NCBI GenBank assembly: GCA_050246315.1
Contig: JBFWWG010000001.1
Span: forward strand, 224,001 to 288,000
From: Nitrospiraceae bacterium
GTDB taxonomy: Bacteria > Nitrospirota > Nitrospiria > Nitrospirales > Nitrospiraceae
Length of the DNA: 64,000 nt
Direction: 5' to 3'
Positions within the stretch are counted from its first letter, which is position 1; each line of letters begins with the position of its first letter. The notes beneath the pieces were generated by a model. It did not search any database, was not told the origin of the DNA, and saw nothing but the letters and a program-made list of their open reading frames with translations. This document shows positions 9,713 through 20,189 of the stretch, one piece after another. The position numbers and the translations under genes are program-made.

Positions 9713-10111
9713 ATGGGCTTCGGAAAGACCATCCCGATTCTGCGCATCTTCGACGAAGCCAAAGCGAAGGAGTTCTACCTCGACTTTCTCGGATTCACCG
9801 TTGATCGGCAGCACCGCTTTGAGTCCAGCCTTCCGCTGTACATGCAGCTCTCGAAAGACGGCTGCATCCTTCACCTGTCCGAGCACCATGGCGACAGCAG
9901 TCCCGGCGCCGCGCTGAGAATCGAGACGACCGAGCTGGAGGCGTTCCAGAAGACTCTTCTGGCAAAACAATACCCCTATGCGCGTCCCGGAATCGAAGAG
10001 ACCCCTTGGGGCAGTAGGGATATGTCGATCCGCGATCCGTTCGGGAATCGACTGACGTTCACACAGACCATCAGTACCGATCACCGCAGGCAACACACGC
10101 GTGATGAATAA
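9713..10111 (+). CDS. Glyoxalase/bleomycin-resistance superfamily protein
   Basis: IPILRIFDEAKAKEFY, LHLSEHHGD, DPFGNRL; GGAGGAG RBS. Confidence 0.9.
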   Translation: MGFGKTIPILRIFDEAKAKEFYLDFLGFTVDRQHRFESSLPLYMQLSKDGCILHLSEHHGDSSPGAALRIETTELEAFQKTLLAKQYPYARPGIEETPWGSRDMSIRDPFGNRLTFTQTISTDHRRQHTRDE

Positions 10112-10203
10112 TGCCATCGTACGCGGGCGCCGCATCATGCTTTCATGGAGTCGACGAGCCTGCTTGGACCAGATCCGCACGATCTGGAGAAAGGAGTGAA
10201 CGG

Positions 10204-10572
10204 ATGAATGTTACGGAAATCGCCTTTACCTGCTATCCGGTCACAGACCTGCGCCGGGCTCGCTGCTTCTACGAAGACGTGTTGGGGTTGAAGGAATCCC
10301 GATTCTTCGGAACGGGGGACACCGGGTTCGTCGAATACGATATCGGACCCGGCACGCTCGCGATCGGCAACATGGCTCCTGATTGGAAGCCCTCCCCCGG
10401 CGGTGGATCAGTCGGTCTCGAAGTGGACAATTTCGAGGCCGCCATTGCGCGCCTGCGATCGAGCGGCTGTGCATTTCGTCTCGAACCGTTGGAAACGCCG
10501 GTCTGTCACATGGCCGTCGTGTCCGATCCGGATGGCAACTCCATCACGATTCATCGACGGAAAGCCGGTTGA
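10204..10572 (+). CDS. VOC-family protein
   Basis: YPVTDL.RAR.FYE.VLGL, DPDGN; AAGGAG RBS. Confidence 0.85.
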   Translation: MNVTEIAFTCYPVTDLRRARCFYEDVLGLKESRFFGTGDTGFVEYDIGPGTLAIGNMAPDWKPSPGGGSVGLEVDNFEAAIARLRSSGCAFRLEPLETPVCHMAVVSDPDGNSITIHRRKAG

Positions 10573-10781
10573 GGGAGCAGGCCGGGTACTCGGGTGCAGC
10601 ATGCCGGCTGGCGTCTCTCGACGGTCACGCGAGGCGATGCGGGATTGGCATGGCCGAAACGTTATTTGCGGCAAAGTCAGCGCGGACATCGGACCAAACC
10701 CCAGTGCGCCAGACGGGCTATCCGTGAATGATTACACCCATTCCGGAGGCGCGACAACCCTATCAGGCTGAGACGGCGGCG

Positions 10782-11144
10782 TTACTTGGATTGCACGGCC
10801 TTCCCATAGACCTGGGTGCAAACCCGCGACCATAGAATCCAGTATTCCATGTACCCATCCACTGTCACCTCAATCAGCGCATCGGCCCCTTTCTTCTCAC
10901 TGATTGCATCGGCCACAGCATCTTTTAACTCGTTGCCGCCCGAAAGAGGGAGGATTCCGAGCAGATAGTACACGCAGTCCTTTCCGGCGACGTCTCCCAA
11001 GACCGTGTAGCTGCCCGGCGTCAGGGGTTTGGTGGATGGTGCGATCCCGCCAGGGTGGGTTGCACAACCCGCAGTCGCTGCGATCATGACCGCAGCGACC
11101 ATGAACGACAGAGAGCACCGCCGGGTCCGATTGACGCTGGTCAT
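10782..11144 (-). CDS. Small lipoprotein (TRL-like)
   Basis: Lipobox TAGC; C.YYLLGILP, GADAL.EV.VD; AAGGAGG RBS. Confidence 0.6.
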   Translation of the reverse strand: MTSVNRTRRCSLSFMVAAVMIAATAGCATHPGGIAPSTKPLTPGSYTVLGDVAGKDCVYYLLGILPLSGGNELKDAVADAISEKKGADALIEVTVDGYMEYWILWSRVCTQVYGKAVQSK

Positions 11145-11296
11145 TGATGTCCTCCTTTGTAGGGGCGACAGTTTTCTTGGGGGCTTATTTCGCATGCCGA
11201 ATGTACTTACGAGGCCTGAGTAAGTCAAGGATCCGTCCTCTGTCCCTGCGATCCCGCGGTTCTCCCTCGACAGAAGAGCTGTGCATGAGAGGCGAA

Positions 11297-11371
11297 GATG
11301 GTGTCACGGCGAACACAGGAAAATGGTGTCATGTCCAGGAAAATGGTGTCGAAAATGGTGTCAGGTCTTGT
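11297..11371 (+). repeat. Four copies of ATGGTGTC ending in GTCAGGTCTTG
   Basis: AGATGGTGTC, then AAATGGTGTC three times. Confidence 0.6.
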
Positions 11372-11605
11372 CTTAGACAATTGCCGCCCCTCTCCTGCCG
11401 GTTTCATCGCACGGCCGTGACGACCGGCGTCTTGGCAGTTCATGACGAACCGTCACGAATCCTGTGTGGTCGTCCACGCACTTGCATGGCAAAGTCACGT
11501 TCTCCCCCTGCAAGCCTACTTTGACCACGGTTATTGCCGGGCAAGATCACAGATGGTCGAGTCTCCCGAGTCCTCCACGAGGCATGAATCGACAGGATGC
11601 GGGCT

Positions 11606-11791
11606 AGGAGCCTGTTCGACATTGCCGTTCGTGACGAAGCCAATTAGGGGCCGGCAGATGCAAGGCCGCGGACCGCGAAATACCGGAGGCGCAATCGCGG
11701 GAATACGTTGAGGATGTTTCGAGGCCGAGAACGACGCAGATGCCAGTGCATCCTTCGCCGCAGTAGAAAGGTCAATGTCGGACAGGTTCCT
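11606..11791. mobile_element. MITE-like element (family C)
   Basis: 19-bp TIRs AGGAGCCTGTTCGACATTG / CAATGTCGGACAGGTTCCT (2 mismatches); supplies the ogt stop codon. Confidence 0.7.
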
Positions 11792-12269
11792 TGGATCGCC
11801 GCTCCAGCGCCAGCAGTGCGCGCTTCTTCGCCAGCCCGCCCGCGTAGCCGGTGAGCGACCCGTTCGAGCCGACGATACGGTGACAGGGCACAATGATGCC
11901 GATCGGGTTGCGGCCGGTGGCGGCGCCGGCAGCCCGCGCGCTGCCCGGACGGCCCGCGCGACGCGCAAGTTCAGCGTAGGGGATGGTCCGGCCGAACCCG
12001 ACGTCCGCGATTGCCTTCCATACCGCACACTGGAACGGCGTGCCGCGCGGCGCGACCTTAACGGTAAAGCGTGTGCGCTTGCCGGCGAAGTATTCCGCCA
12101 GTTCTTGTTTCGCCTGACGGAGCGGCGCATGCCGTGAATCCCTCGTCCACTCTTCTTGGATACGTGGCTGATACTTCTGCCCGATGAAATAGACCCCCGT
12201 CAGCGCCTGATCGTCGGCCACCAGCAACATACGCCCGTGGGGGCTTTGATAGTAGTCGTAGTACTGCAC
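11772..12269 (-). CDS. ogt: Methylated-DNA--protein-cysteine methyltransferase
   Basis: GTPFQ..VW, PCHRIVG.NGSLTGYAGG. Confidence 0.95.
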   Translation of the reverse strand: MQYYDYYQSPHGRMLLVADDQALTGVYFIGQKYQPRIQEEWTRDSRHAPLRQAKQELAEYFAGKRTRFTVKVAPRGTPFQCAVWKAIADVGFGRTIPYAELARRAGRPGSARAAGAATGRNPIGIIVPCHRIVGSNGSLTGYAGGLAKKRALLALERRSKEPVRH

Positions 12270-12271
12270 GA

Positions 12272-13717
12272 TCACTCCTGCGTTGTTGAATGCCAGAGCT
12301 GCATCACCGCGTAGGCACGCCATGGCCGCCAGGCTTCACCGGCTTGGAGGACACGGCGCGCATCCCTCTCACCCAGCGCCTTCATCACGCCAAGATCGGT
12401 GTGGGGAAACGCATCGGGCCACGCGAGCGCCCGCATGGCGATATACTGCGCCGTCCATTCGCCGACGCCCGGCAGTGCGCGCAGGCTCTCCAGCGTCGTT
12501 TCGACATCGGCATGAGGCGTCAGCACGAGCTCGCCGTCCGCCACGAGTCGCGCAAGCGCGACAATCGTGCGGGCGCGCGCGCCCGGCATGCCCAAGCCCG
12601 CAATCAGACCGGGCGCTGTCTCGGCCACCCGCGCCGCGTTGGGGAACAGGGTCGTGAGTGAAGGAAACGGCGTCTGAATTGGATCGCCGAGTGCGGCGGC
12701 AAACCGACTCGCGACCGTTCGTGCCGCGGCAATCGTGACTTGCTGCCCAAGAATCGCACGCACCGCCACTTCAAATCCGTCGAACGCGCCGGGAACTCGC
12801 AGGCCGGGGCGACGCGCTGCCAACCTGCCGAGCGCCGTCGCCACTTCGATCGGATTGCAGGACAGGTCCATGAGCGCCTTGACACGAGAGAGCACCGGCG
12901 GCAGCACCCGGGCAAGCGATGCAGATACGGTCACGTGCAACGCGGGCCTCTTCGCCGACAATCCGATCCCGATCCAGCCGACATGGTCCTGCCCCTTCGC
13001 CGCCACACGTACCGTGCGGCGGTAGCAGGCCTCCTCGAACATCTCGACGCCGGTAATGGCCCGGTCGCCGAGGAAGGTGCTTACCGTTGACCAGTCATAG
13101 GGTGGACGAAAGCTCAGTTCGAAGTTCAAGACGTTGGCCGTGGGCACCGTCACGTCATTCCTATGCCGGCGCAACTCGGTCGGCTGCAAACGATAGCGTT
13201 GCTTGAATAGTGCGTTGAAGCGCCTGAGACTGCCGAATCCGCTGGCGAACGCGATCTCGGTGACCGGCAGTCGGGTATCGGTGAGCAGGCGTTTGGCAAG
13301 GAGCAAGCGGTGAGTCTGCGCAAACTCGATCGGCGAGACGCCGAACTCGGCATGGAACGCGCGCCGTACGTGCCGGTCGGTAATGCCGAGGCGCGACGCG
13401 ACAGCCGCCAGCCCTTCCGCGTCGAGTATCCGATCCTCGATCAGGGTCGCCGCGGCCTGAGCCACGCGTGTGGTCGCATCCACGCCGGCGTTGCCCGGCG
13501 CGAGCTCGGGCCGGCAACGCAGACAGGGCCGGTAGCCGGCCACTTCCGCCGCCGCGGCGCTGGGATAGAAGCGGCAGTTCTCGGGCCGCGGCGGCTTCAC
13601 CGTGCAGACCGGTCGGCAGTAGATCCGCGTCGACGACACGGCGACGAAGAATCGTCCATCGAATCGCGCATCGCGCGCCCGCAGGGCGCGGTAACAGGTG
13701 GCGTGATCGAGCCTCAT
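12272..13717 (-). CDS. alkA: Ada-Zn/AraC/AlkA fusion, DNA-3-methyladenine glycosylase II
   Basis: RDARFDGRFF, IYCRPVC, YRPCLRCRP, HhH LPGVGEWTA..AFP..D, WRPWRAYA. Confidence 0.93.
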   Translation of the reverse strand: MRLDHATCYRALRARDARFDGRFFVAVSSTRIYCRPVCTVKPPRPENCRFYPSAAAAEVAGYRPCLRCRPELAPGNAGVDATTRVAQAAATLIEDRILDAEGLAAVASRLGITDRHVRRAFHAEFGVSPIEFAQTHRLLLAKRLLTDTRLPVTEIAFASGFGSLRRFNALFKQRYRLQPTELRRHRNDVTVPTANVLNFELSFRPPYDWSTVSTFLGDRAITGVEMFEEACYRRTVRVAAKGQDHVGWIGIGLSAKRPALHVTVSASLARVLPPVLSRVKALMDLSCNPIEVATALGRLAARRPGLRVPGAFDGFEVAVRAILGQQVTIAAARTVASRFAAALGDPIQTPFPSLTTLFPNAARVAETAPGLIAGLGMPGARARTIVALARLVADGELVLTPHADVETTLESLRALPGVGEWTAQYIAMRALAWPDAFPHTDLGVMKALGERDARRVLQAGEAWRPWRAYAVMQLWHSTTQE

Positions 13718-13979
13718 GGATGCCATTATAGGCACGGCGGACGGCGCCTGCTCGCCGTTTTCGGACATGACAGGCGCCCAGACGAGATCGGGTGGGGAAC
13801 CTGCCGTAGGAGAGGCTCTGGCCTACCGTCCCAGATGTTCGTTCATGGTGAGCCCTTCGACTGGCTCAGGGCGAACGGATTGTCACATGCACTGTAGGGA
13901 AACGACACTGGCAGGCTGCGCGTGTGACCTGAGACGTCCTTCCCTTTCGGGTCTCATCATCTAGTTTGTCAATACACTG

Positions 13980-14089
13980 CTAGTGTCCTGACTCAGAAAT
14001 TCGTCGAAGAAGTCCAGCATATGAAGTTGTCATCAATCAAGCAGTTGGCTATCAAGATCATGATGCGAACTTCGGAGACAGGACACTAG
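13980..14089. mobile_element. MITE-like element (family D) with CTAG at both ends
   Basis: TIRs TAGTGTCCTGACTCAGAAATTCG / CGAACTTCGGAGACAGGACACTA; right CTAG contains the ADH stop. Confidence 0.75.
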
Positions 14090-15099
14090 AAGCCTGTCAG
14101 CACCAACTTGCCGCGCGTCCGTCCGGTTTCGATGAGCGCGTGCGCCTTCTTGAGATTCACGGCGTTGATCGTGCCCAGCGTCTCAGCCAGCGTCGTACGG
14201 AGCACGCCGGCATCGACCAGGTCCGCGACTTCGTCAAGCAGCATATGTTGAGCCGACATGTCCGGGGTTTGATAGACCGGCCGCGCAAACATGAACTCCC
14301 AATGTAGGGACGCACTCTTGCGTTTCAGCAGCGTCGCATCAAGTGTCTGAGGGTCGTCGATGAGACCGACCTTCCCCTGCGGCGCGAGCGCCTCCACGAG
14401 TTCCGAATAGTGCGTATCAGTGGCTGTGAGACTGGCAATCAACTCAACCTCCGGAATCGCTCGGTCGCGCAGTTGCGAGACCAGCGGTTTCGTATGATCG
14501 ATGACGTGATGGGCGCCGAGTTCCAGGCACCACTGGCGCGTTTCCGGGCGCGAGGCCGTGGCGATGACCGTCAGTCCGGTCAGCCGACGTGCCAACTGGA
14601 TCAAGATCGAGCCGACGCCACCCGCTGCCCCGACGATCAGCAAGGTACCGGCACCAGGCGATTTCCCAGGACGAACGCCGAATCGATCAAACAGCAGCTC
14701 CCAGGCCGTAATCGTGGTGAGGGGCAAGGCCGCGGCGGCGGGATAATCGAGACTCTTCGGCTTCTTTCCGACGATCCGCTCGTCTACGAGATGAAATTCG
14801 GCATTTGTTCCGGGACGCGTCAGCGACCCGGCATAGTAGACTTCGTCTCCGACTCTGAATATCTTAGCCTCCGGCCCGATGCCGGTGACCACCCCGGCCG
14901 CGTCCCAGCCTAAGACCTTATATGGTGCTCCCTCCGGCGCGGCCCTCGTGCGTACCTTCACATCCACAGGGTTGACCGAAACGGCTTCCACCTTCACCAA
15001 CAGGTCGCGCCCACCGGCGGTAGGCCTGGGCATCTCAATATCCATGAGCGATTCCGCATGACTGATCGGCAACGGCTGTTTGTACCCCACAGCTTTCAT
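14086..15099 (-). CDS. Zinc-type alcohol dehydrogenase-like / quinone oxidoreductase (MDR family)
   Basis: SVNPVD, LGWDAAG, GAAGGVGS, HWEFMF. Confidence 0.9.
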   Translation of the reverse strand: MKAVGYKQPLPISHAESLMDIEMPRPTAGGRDLLVKVEAVSVNPVDVKVRTRAAPEGAPYKVLGWDAAGVVTGIGPEAKIFRVGDEVYYAGSLTRPGTNAEFHLVDERIVGKKPKSLDYPAAAALPLTTITAWELLFDRFGVRPGKSPGAGTLLIVGAAGGVGSILIQLARRLTGLTVIATASRPETRQWCLELGAHHVIDHTKPLVSQLRDRAIPEVELIASLTATDTHYSELVEALAPQGKVGLIDDPQTLDATLLKRKSASLHWEFMFARPVYQTPDMSAQHMLLDEVADLVDAGVLRTTLAETLGTINAVNLKKAHALIETGRTRGKLVLTGF

Positions 15100-15200
15100 C
15101 TCACATCCTTTCAGCTATCGACCTCCGCTCCCCGTGAGCGGGGGTCGGTTGTCTCGTCCTCATCACCACGTCATGACATTTTCTACCAGGACTCGCCCTG

Positions 15201-16463
15201 TCAGTCCTGTACCTCCCTCAACCGCCTCTGGAGAAAGCGCCGCTCCGGTTCTTGCTGAGTGAGAGCGAGGGCTCGTTCATAGGAAGCGCGGGCATCGACT
15301 GTTTTTCCCAACCGCCGGCAGAGATCCGCGCGCGCCGAGTGCGCCAGATGATAATTGACCAGATCGCCGCGCGCGAGGATGGCGTCGATAATGGCCAGGC
15401 CGGCCAATGGGCCGTCGCGCATCGCCACGGCAACCGCCCGGTTCAGCTCCACCACAGGGGAGGGATCGGCCTGCAGCATGACATCGTAAAGGCCGACGAT
15501 CTGGGCCCAGTCCGTCTCGGCGGCGCTGGGCGCCTGAGCGTGCAGTGCGGCGATCGCGGCTTGGATGGAGTACGCTCCGACTTGGCGCGACGCCAGCGCC
15601 CGTTCCACCAGCGAGATCCCTTCGGCGATCTGTTCTCGATTCCACAGAGCACGGTCCTGGTCCTCCAGCAAGACCAGGTCACCCGTCGGCGAGGTGCGCG
15701 CGTTGCGCCGCGAGTCTTGCAGCAGCATCAGAGCCAAGAGTCCCATCCCCTCCGGTTCGGGGAGCAACTGCATCAGCAATCGTCCCAGGCGGATCGCCTC
15801 GCCGGAAAGGTCGTGCCGCGTCACCGATGTGCCGGCGGACGCGCTATACCCCTCATTGAACACCAGGTACACAACCCGCAGCACCGCTTCCAGCCGATCC
15901 GGCAAATCGCGCTCCGACGGCACGACATAGGGAATGCGCGCATCGCGGATCTTCGCCTTGGCACGCACGATCCGCTGCGCGATCGTGGCCGGCTTTGTGA
16001 GAAAGGCACGGGCGATCTCTTCGGTGGTAAGACCGCAGACTTCCCGCAAGGTCATGGCCACTTGGGATTCCGGCGGCAAAGCCGGGTGGCAACAGGTGAA
16101 GATCAGCCGTAGCCGGTCGTCTTCGACGCTCTCGTCATCTCCCCCCTCGACTCCCTCGGCGTCACCGGTCTCGCATTCCAGTCGCTTGCCGAGTTCCGTC
16201 AGCGATGCGTCGAATCTGGCGCGCCGGCGCATGCCGTCGATGGCCTTGAAGCGGCCGGTCGAGACGAGCCAGGCCCGAGGATTGACCGGCACGCCGTTCC
16301 GCGTCCATTGTTCGACTGCGACGGCGAAGGCATCGTGCAACGCCTCCTCGGCAGCTTCAAAGTCGCCGAGCAGGCGGATCAGCGTGGCGAGCACCTGCCT
16401 CGATTCCGAGCGGTAGACGGCCTCCACCAACTCGCGCACCTCTGTGGTCCGGTCCTCGCTCAT
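15201..16463 (-). CDS. ECF sigma factor with C-terminal TPR-like extension (ECF42 group)
   Basis: AEEALHDAF, DDRLRLIFTCCHPAL, LVFNEGY, QDRALW, VELNRAVA; DGPF genes nearby. Confidence 0.9.
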   Translation of the reverse strand: MSEDRTTEVRELVEAVYRSESRQVLATLIRLLGDFEAAEEALHDAFAVAVEQWTRNGVPVNPRAWLVSTGRFKAIDGMRRRARFDASLTELGKRLECETGDAEGVEGGDDESVEDDRLRLIFTCCHPALPPESQVAMTLREVCGLTTEEIARAFLTKPATIAQRIVRAKAKIRDARIPYVVPSERDLPDRLEAVLRVVYLVFNEGYSASAGTSVTRHDLSGEAIRLGRLLMQLLPEPEGMGLLALMLLQDSRRNARTSPTGDLVLLEDQDRALWNREQIAEGISLVERALASRQVGAYSIQAAIAALHAQAPSAAETDWAQIVGLYDVMLQADPSPVVELNRAVAVAMRDGPLAGLAIIDAILARGDLVNYHLAHSARADLCRRLGKTVDARASYERALALTQQEPERRFLQRRLREVQD

Positions 16464-17027
16464 CGCAATCCCTCGCGCTCATTCCCGTGCACCGCGACAG
16501 ATTTCCAGGCGATTCACGCCAGGGTCCTCGCAAAAGTCGGGGTAGTCGCTCGCATCTTGATCGAGCGGCCCTTCGCCATGGCGCGCAAGTCCCCAAGGCT
16601 GCGCGCTCGGAGTATCAGGTGCTCGGAATCCCGTGGCACCAGTGCAACGACGGCCTGATCACGAACGGATTGAGAGGGGTAGGCTACTGTGAGGGTTGTC
16701 CAGAGTCAACGAGCGGGAGACAGGGGGTGGGAACAGAAGGGGTGGCCTTCCCCCGTTTGCTCCCGTTTGCTCAATCGAACGGCGTGTCGAGCAACTGGCC
16801 TCGACGACATTCGAAATGCTTGGCCATGTCGGCAGGAATCGCTGCGAGCGTCCCAATGCGCAGTGGAGAATGTTCGGGATGGTCAGATGATGCTCACCGT
16901 GCCCGACGGTGGCGAGCCGAAGATGGCTGCCGGTTTGACGGGTGAGTGATCACCGCTTTTTGAAAGGTGCTGAGCTGAAACACCGTTCATTTGCAGCGAT
17001 AGAGCGGTCTCGAAGCCGATTCCCTGC

Positions 17028-18497
17028 GTGGTTCCGAACCTGCTTCACCTCGGAGGGATCCTTGTCATCCTGGATCTCGCCATGCTAAACAACACCATGT
17101 TTCGCCAGGTGACCTCAATGGGATTCGTTACCATACTGGCGTCGCCCTCACGCCTTTCTTCCGGTTATCAAGCCCTGGTCAGAATCCTGATCACTGCTCC
17201 GCTCATCCTGTCCACCCTGACGATCTTGGTCGGGTGCAGTGGAGGGAATGATCAGCCAGGCACCGGCGCGAGTAGCAATACTTCCCAGGGACAACCGCCC
17301 GCCGGAGTGGCTGAAAGCCTTCCCCTGCTCAGCATCACGACAAACAGCGGAGCAGAGATTACGTCCAAGGAAGACTACGCGCCGGCGCAATACCGTCTGA
17401 CCAGTGAAACAGGTCAACTGCTCCAGAACGGCAATCTCGACATTCGCGGCAGAGGGAACTCCACTTGGGAGATGCCCAAAAAGCCATACCGCCTTCGACT
17501 CGCCAGCAGCACGCCGACCTTGGGCATGCCAGCGAATCGGCATTGGGTCCTCCTGGCTAATTATTCCGACAAGACCTTGATTCGGAATGATGTGGCATTT
17601 GAGCTCAGCCGGCGGGTCGGCATGGAATACACGCCCAGGAGTCGGTACGTCGAGTTGCAACTCAACGGTACGGACAGGGGGATCTACCAACTCACGGAAC
17701 ATATCCGGATTGATCCGAACCGCGTCAATATTCCGGAGCTCAAAATCGGAGATACATCGCCGGATCTCATCACGGGCGGATATCTGATCGAAATCGATTT
17801 TCGCCGCGGTGAAGATTACTGTTATGAATCGCCGCGAACGGGAATCATTTTTTGTCTCAGCAACCCCGAGACACTACTTGAGCCGGGATGGGAAAATCAG
17901 CGTGCCTATATTGAAGGGTACCTTGCGCAGACGGAAGACGCGATTTTCTCCGATCGATTTACCGATCCTGCGGTGGGCTATGCCGCCTACCTCGACGTTG
18001 ATTCCATGATCAATTTTTATTTGATCGCTGAATGGCTGAAGAACGTCGATTCTAATCTTGGGTCGAGCGTCTATCTGCACAAGAAGCGCAACGGGAAGCT
18101 GACGTTCGGGCCCATCTGGGATTTTGACCTTTCGATAGGGAACGTCGATTTCAAGGATGCGGATGGCTTGGATGCCGGTGCGACCGACGGTTGGTATGTG
18201 CGGTCTGCCTCCTGGTTCGCCAGACTGTTTCAAGATCCCGCCTTTGAGACGAAAGTGAAAGCCAAGTGGAATCAACTCAAGGCTTCCGGAGTTCTGGAAG
18301 ACATGTTTACCTATATTGACCAGCAGTCTCGCTTGCTGAGCAAGGTGCAGGTGAACAATTTCACAATCTGGGAGATTCTGGGGATCTATGTTTGGCCCAA
18401 TCGTGTGGTCACCGGTTCGTACGAGGGCGAGGTCGCGGCCATGAAGACCTGGCTGCGGGAGCGAACGAACTGGATGGATACCCAGTTAGGTCAGTAA
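17028..18497 (+). CDS. CotH kinase-family protein, probable lipoprotein (true start likely downstream)
   Basis: IRGRGNSTW, KKPY, WVLLAN..DKTLIRN, GPIWDFD; lipobox LVGC. Confidence 0.85.
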   Translation: MVPNLLHLGGILVILDLAMLNNTMFRQVTSMGFVTILASPSRLSSGYQALVRILITAPLILSTLTILVGCSGGNDQPGTGASSNTSQGQPPAGVAESLPLLSITTNSGAEITSKEDYAPAQYRLTSETGQLLQNGNLDIRGRGNSTWEMPKKPYRLRLASSTPTLGMPANRHWVLLANYSDKTLIRNDVAFELSRRVGMEYTPRSRYVELQLNGTDRGIYQLTEHIRIDPNRVNIPELKIGDTSPDLITGGYLIEIDFRRGEDYCYESPRTGIIFCLSNPETLLEPGWENQRAYIEGYLAQTEDAIFSDRFTDPAVGYAAYLDVDSMINFYLIAEWLKNVDSNLGSSVYLHKKRNGKLTFGPIWDFDLSIGNVDFKDADGLDAGATDGWYVRSASWFARLFQDPAFETKVKAKWNQLKASGVLEDMFTYIDQQSRLLSKVQVNNFTIWEILGIYVWPNRVVTGSYEGEVAAMKTWLRERTNWMDTQLGQ

Positions 18498-19106
18498 CTC
18501 CTCTTGGATTGAAGTCTTCCGGCGTTCTTGAGATATCGTCAGGTTCTCTCCTGATCCGTTTCGATCACCCCTCTGCGGGTCCTCTTCGCAGATCGATTCA
18601 CGGCCTCGTGAACAACAGACGGCATTGCGGCGCCTGATCGCCGATCCCTGCGGTGATCGCCGGCAATCAGAAAGCCTGGCGTCTGCGCGCGTATGCGACA
18701 CATCGGCACGGCAGGCGAGGTTGGTGCGAGATGTGGTCACGCAAGGTCCCGTATCTTGACCTAGGCATGGTGTCAGCGCACCCTTGGAGAATTTTCACAA
18801 GCAGCTTGACGTCACCAGGCGGCAGGCACGGCTGGACATCTTATTCAAATCATGCTAGGAACAACACCCCCTCTACGGAAAGTGAGGCGTTGGGGCGCCC
18901 GCGTGCCAGGCAAATTTGGTCTGCCCTTAGTTTAAGATTTTTGTGAGTTCCTCCCGCTCTGCGTTGAAATCGGGCGCTGTCCTGTGGGCGCGCTTTCATC
19001 CTACCTACCACCCTGGAACGATCACGTCCCCCAGACTTCCGCCTCTTCCGATGAAAGACCAAGGTAGGCTTCGACGGGCTCTCGAAAAGCGACAAGGAGA
19101 GGTTAC

Positions 19107-20189
19107 ATGGGCGGAAAAATCCCGCTTTGCCTTCTGATCGTTCTGGCCATGGCTGGATGCGGGAACATCGGGCCGAGCTCGATGAGTCGCGACCGCTTCG
19201 ATTATATGGAGACCGTGGCGGAGTCGTGGAAGAGCCAGATGTTGCAGAACCTGGTGAGACTCCGCTATGGCGACACCCCCGTCTTCCTTGAAGTCGGGCA
19301 GATTGTGGCGAACTATTCGTTCCAGCGCTCCCTCTCGGCCAATGCCGGACTTTCCAACAGCATTTACGTGCCGGGCCTCGTGAACGGTCAAGTCGGTATG
19401 GGAGCGCAGGGTGTTCTGACCGATACCCCCACCATCACTTATGCGCCGTTAGCCGGCGAGCGATTCGCTCGCTCGATGATGATGCCGCTACCGGTGTCGG
19501 CGATTCTGAACGTTCTGCAGAGTGGGTACCCTGCAGACTTTGTGTTCCGGCTTGGAGTGCAGTCGGTGAACGGGATCGACAATCGCCGTGCCCATCTCCA
19601 GCACGTACGGCCCGCCAACCCGGAGTTCTACTTCCTCATCCGTGAGCTCACTCGAATCCAGCTTGCAGGCGAAGCCGGTATTCGAAGACAGAAACTGGAC
19701 GGCGAAGAGAGCCTTAGCCTTATTTTCCGGCCCCATATTGATGCAGCCATTGCCGAGTCGATCCGTACGGTCAAGAAGCTGCTGGATTTGGATCCCACCG
19801 CTCATGAATTTCGCGTGAACTACGGTGTCCTGCCCGTCAACAACAAGGAGATCGCAATTCTGACCCGATCGATCCTCGAGATGCTCAAGGATCTCGCCTC
19901 GCGCATCGAGGTTCCGGAGGCGCACGTCAGGGATCACCGAGTCGGACCCACTCCAGAGCCGGATCAGGGACCCGACGGAGAGATCCTGGATTTGATTCGA
20001 ATCAAGCACTCGGTGGACCGCCCGGACGGCGCCTTCGTGACGACTCCCTATCAGAAGTACTGGTTTTCCATCGACAACCAAGATTTGCGCTCCAAGCGAC
20101 TATTCACATTTCTGATGTTCATATTCACATTCGTGGAAAAACACGGCGATGAAGCCGCCCCCATTTTGACGATCCCGGCAAGCAGATGA
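19107..20189 (+). CDS. Conserved hypothetical lipoprotein
   Basis: Lipobox MAGC; DRFDY...MLQNLVRLRYGDTPVFL, PTITYAPL.GE.F; GGAGAGG RBS. Confidence 0.75.
   Translation: MGGKIPLCLLIVLAMAGCGNIGPSSMSRDRFDYMETVAESWKSQMLQNLVRLRYGDTPVFLEVGQIVANYSFQRSLSANAGLSNSIYVPGLVNGQVGMGAQGVLTDTPTITYAPLAGERFARSMMMPLPVSAILNVLQSGYPADFVFRLGVQSVNGIDNRRAHLQHVRPANPEFYFLIRELTRIQLAGEAGIRRQKLDGEESLSLIFRPHIDAAIAESIRTVKKLLDLDPTAHEFRVNYGVLPVNNKEIAILTRSILEMLKDLASRIEVPEAHVRDHRVGPTPEPDQGPDGEILDLIRIKHSVDRPDGAFVTTPYQKYWFSIDNQDLRSKRLFTFLMFIFTFVEKHGDEAAPILTIPASR

Noticed and set aside
18762..18778. GG-N10-GC upstream of the 19107 lipoprotein
   Set aside because: Lacks TGG and TTGC context and the UAS pair; likely chance
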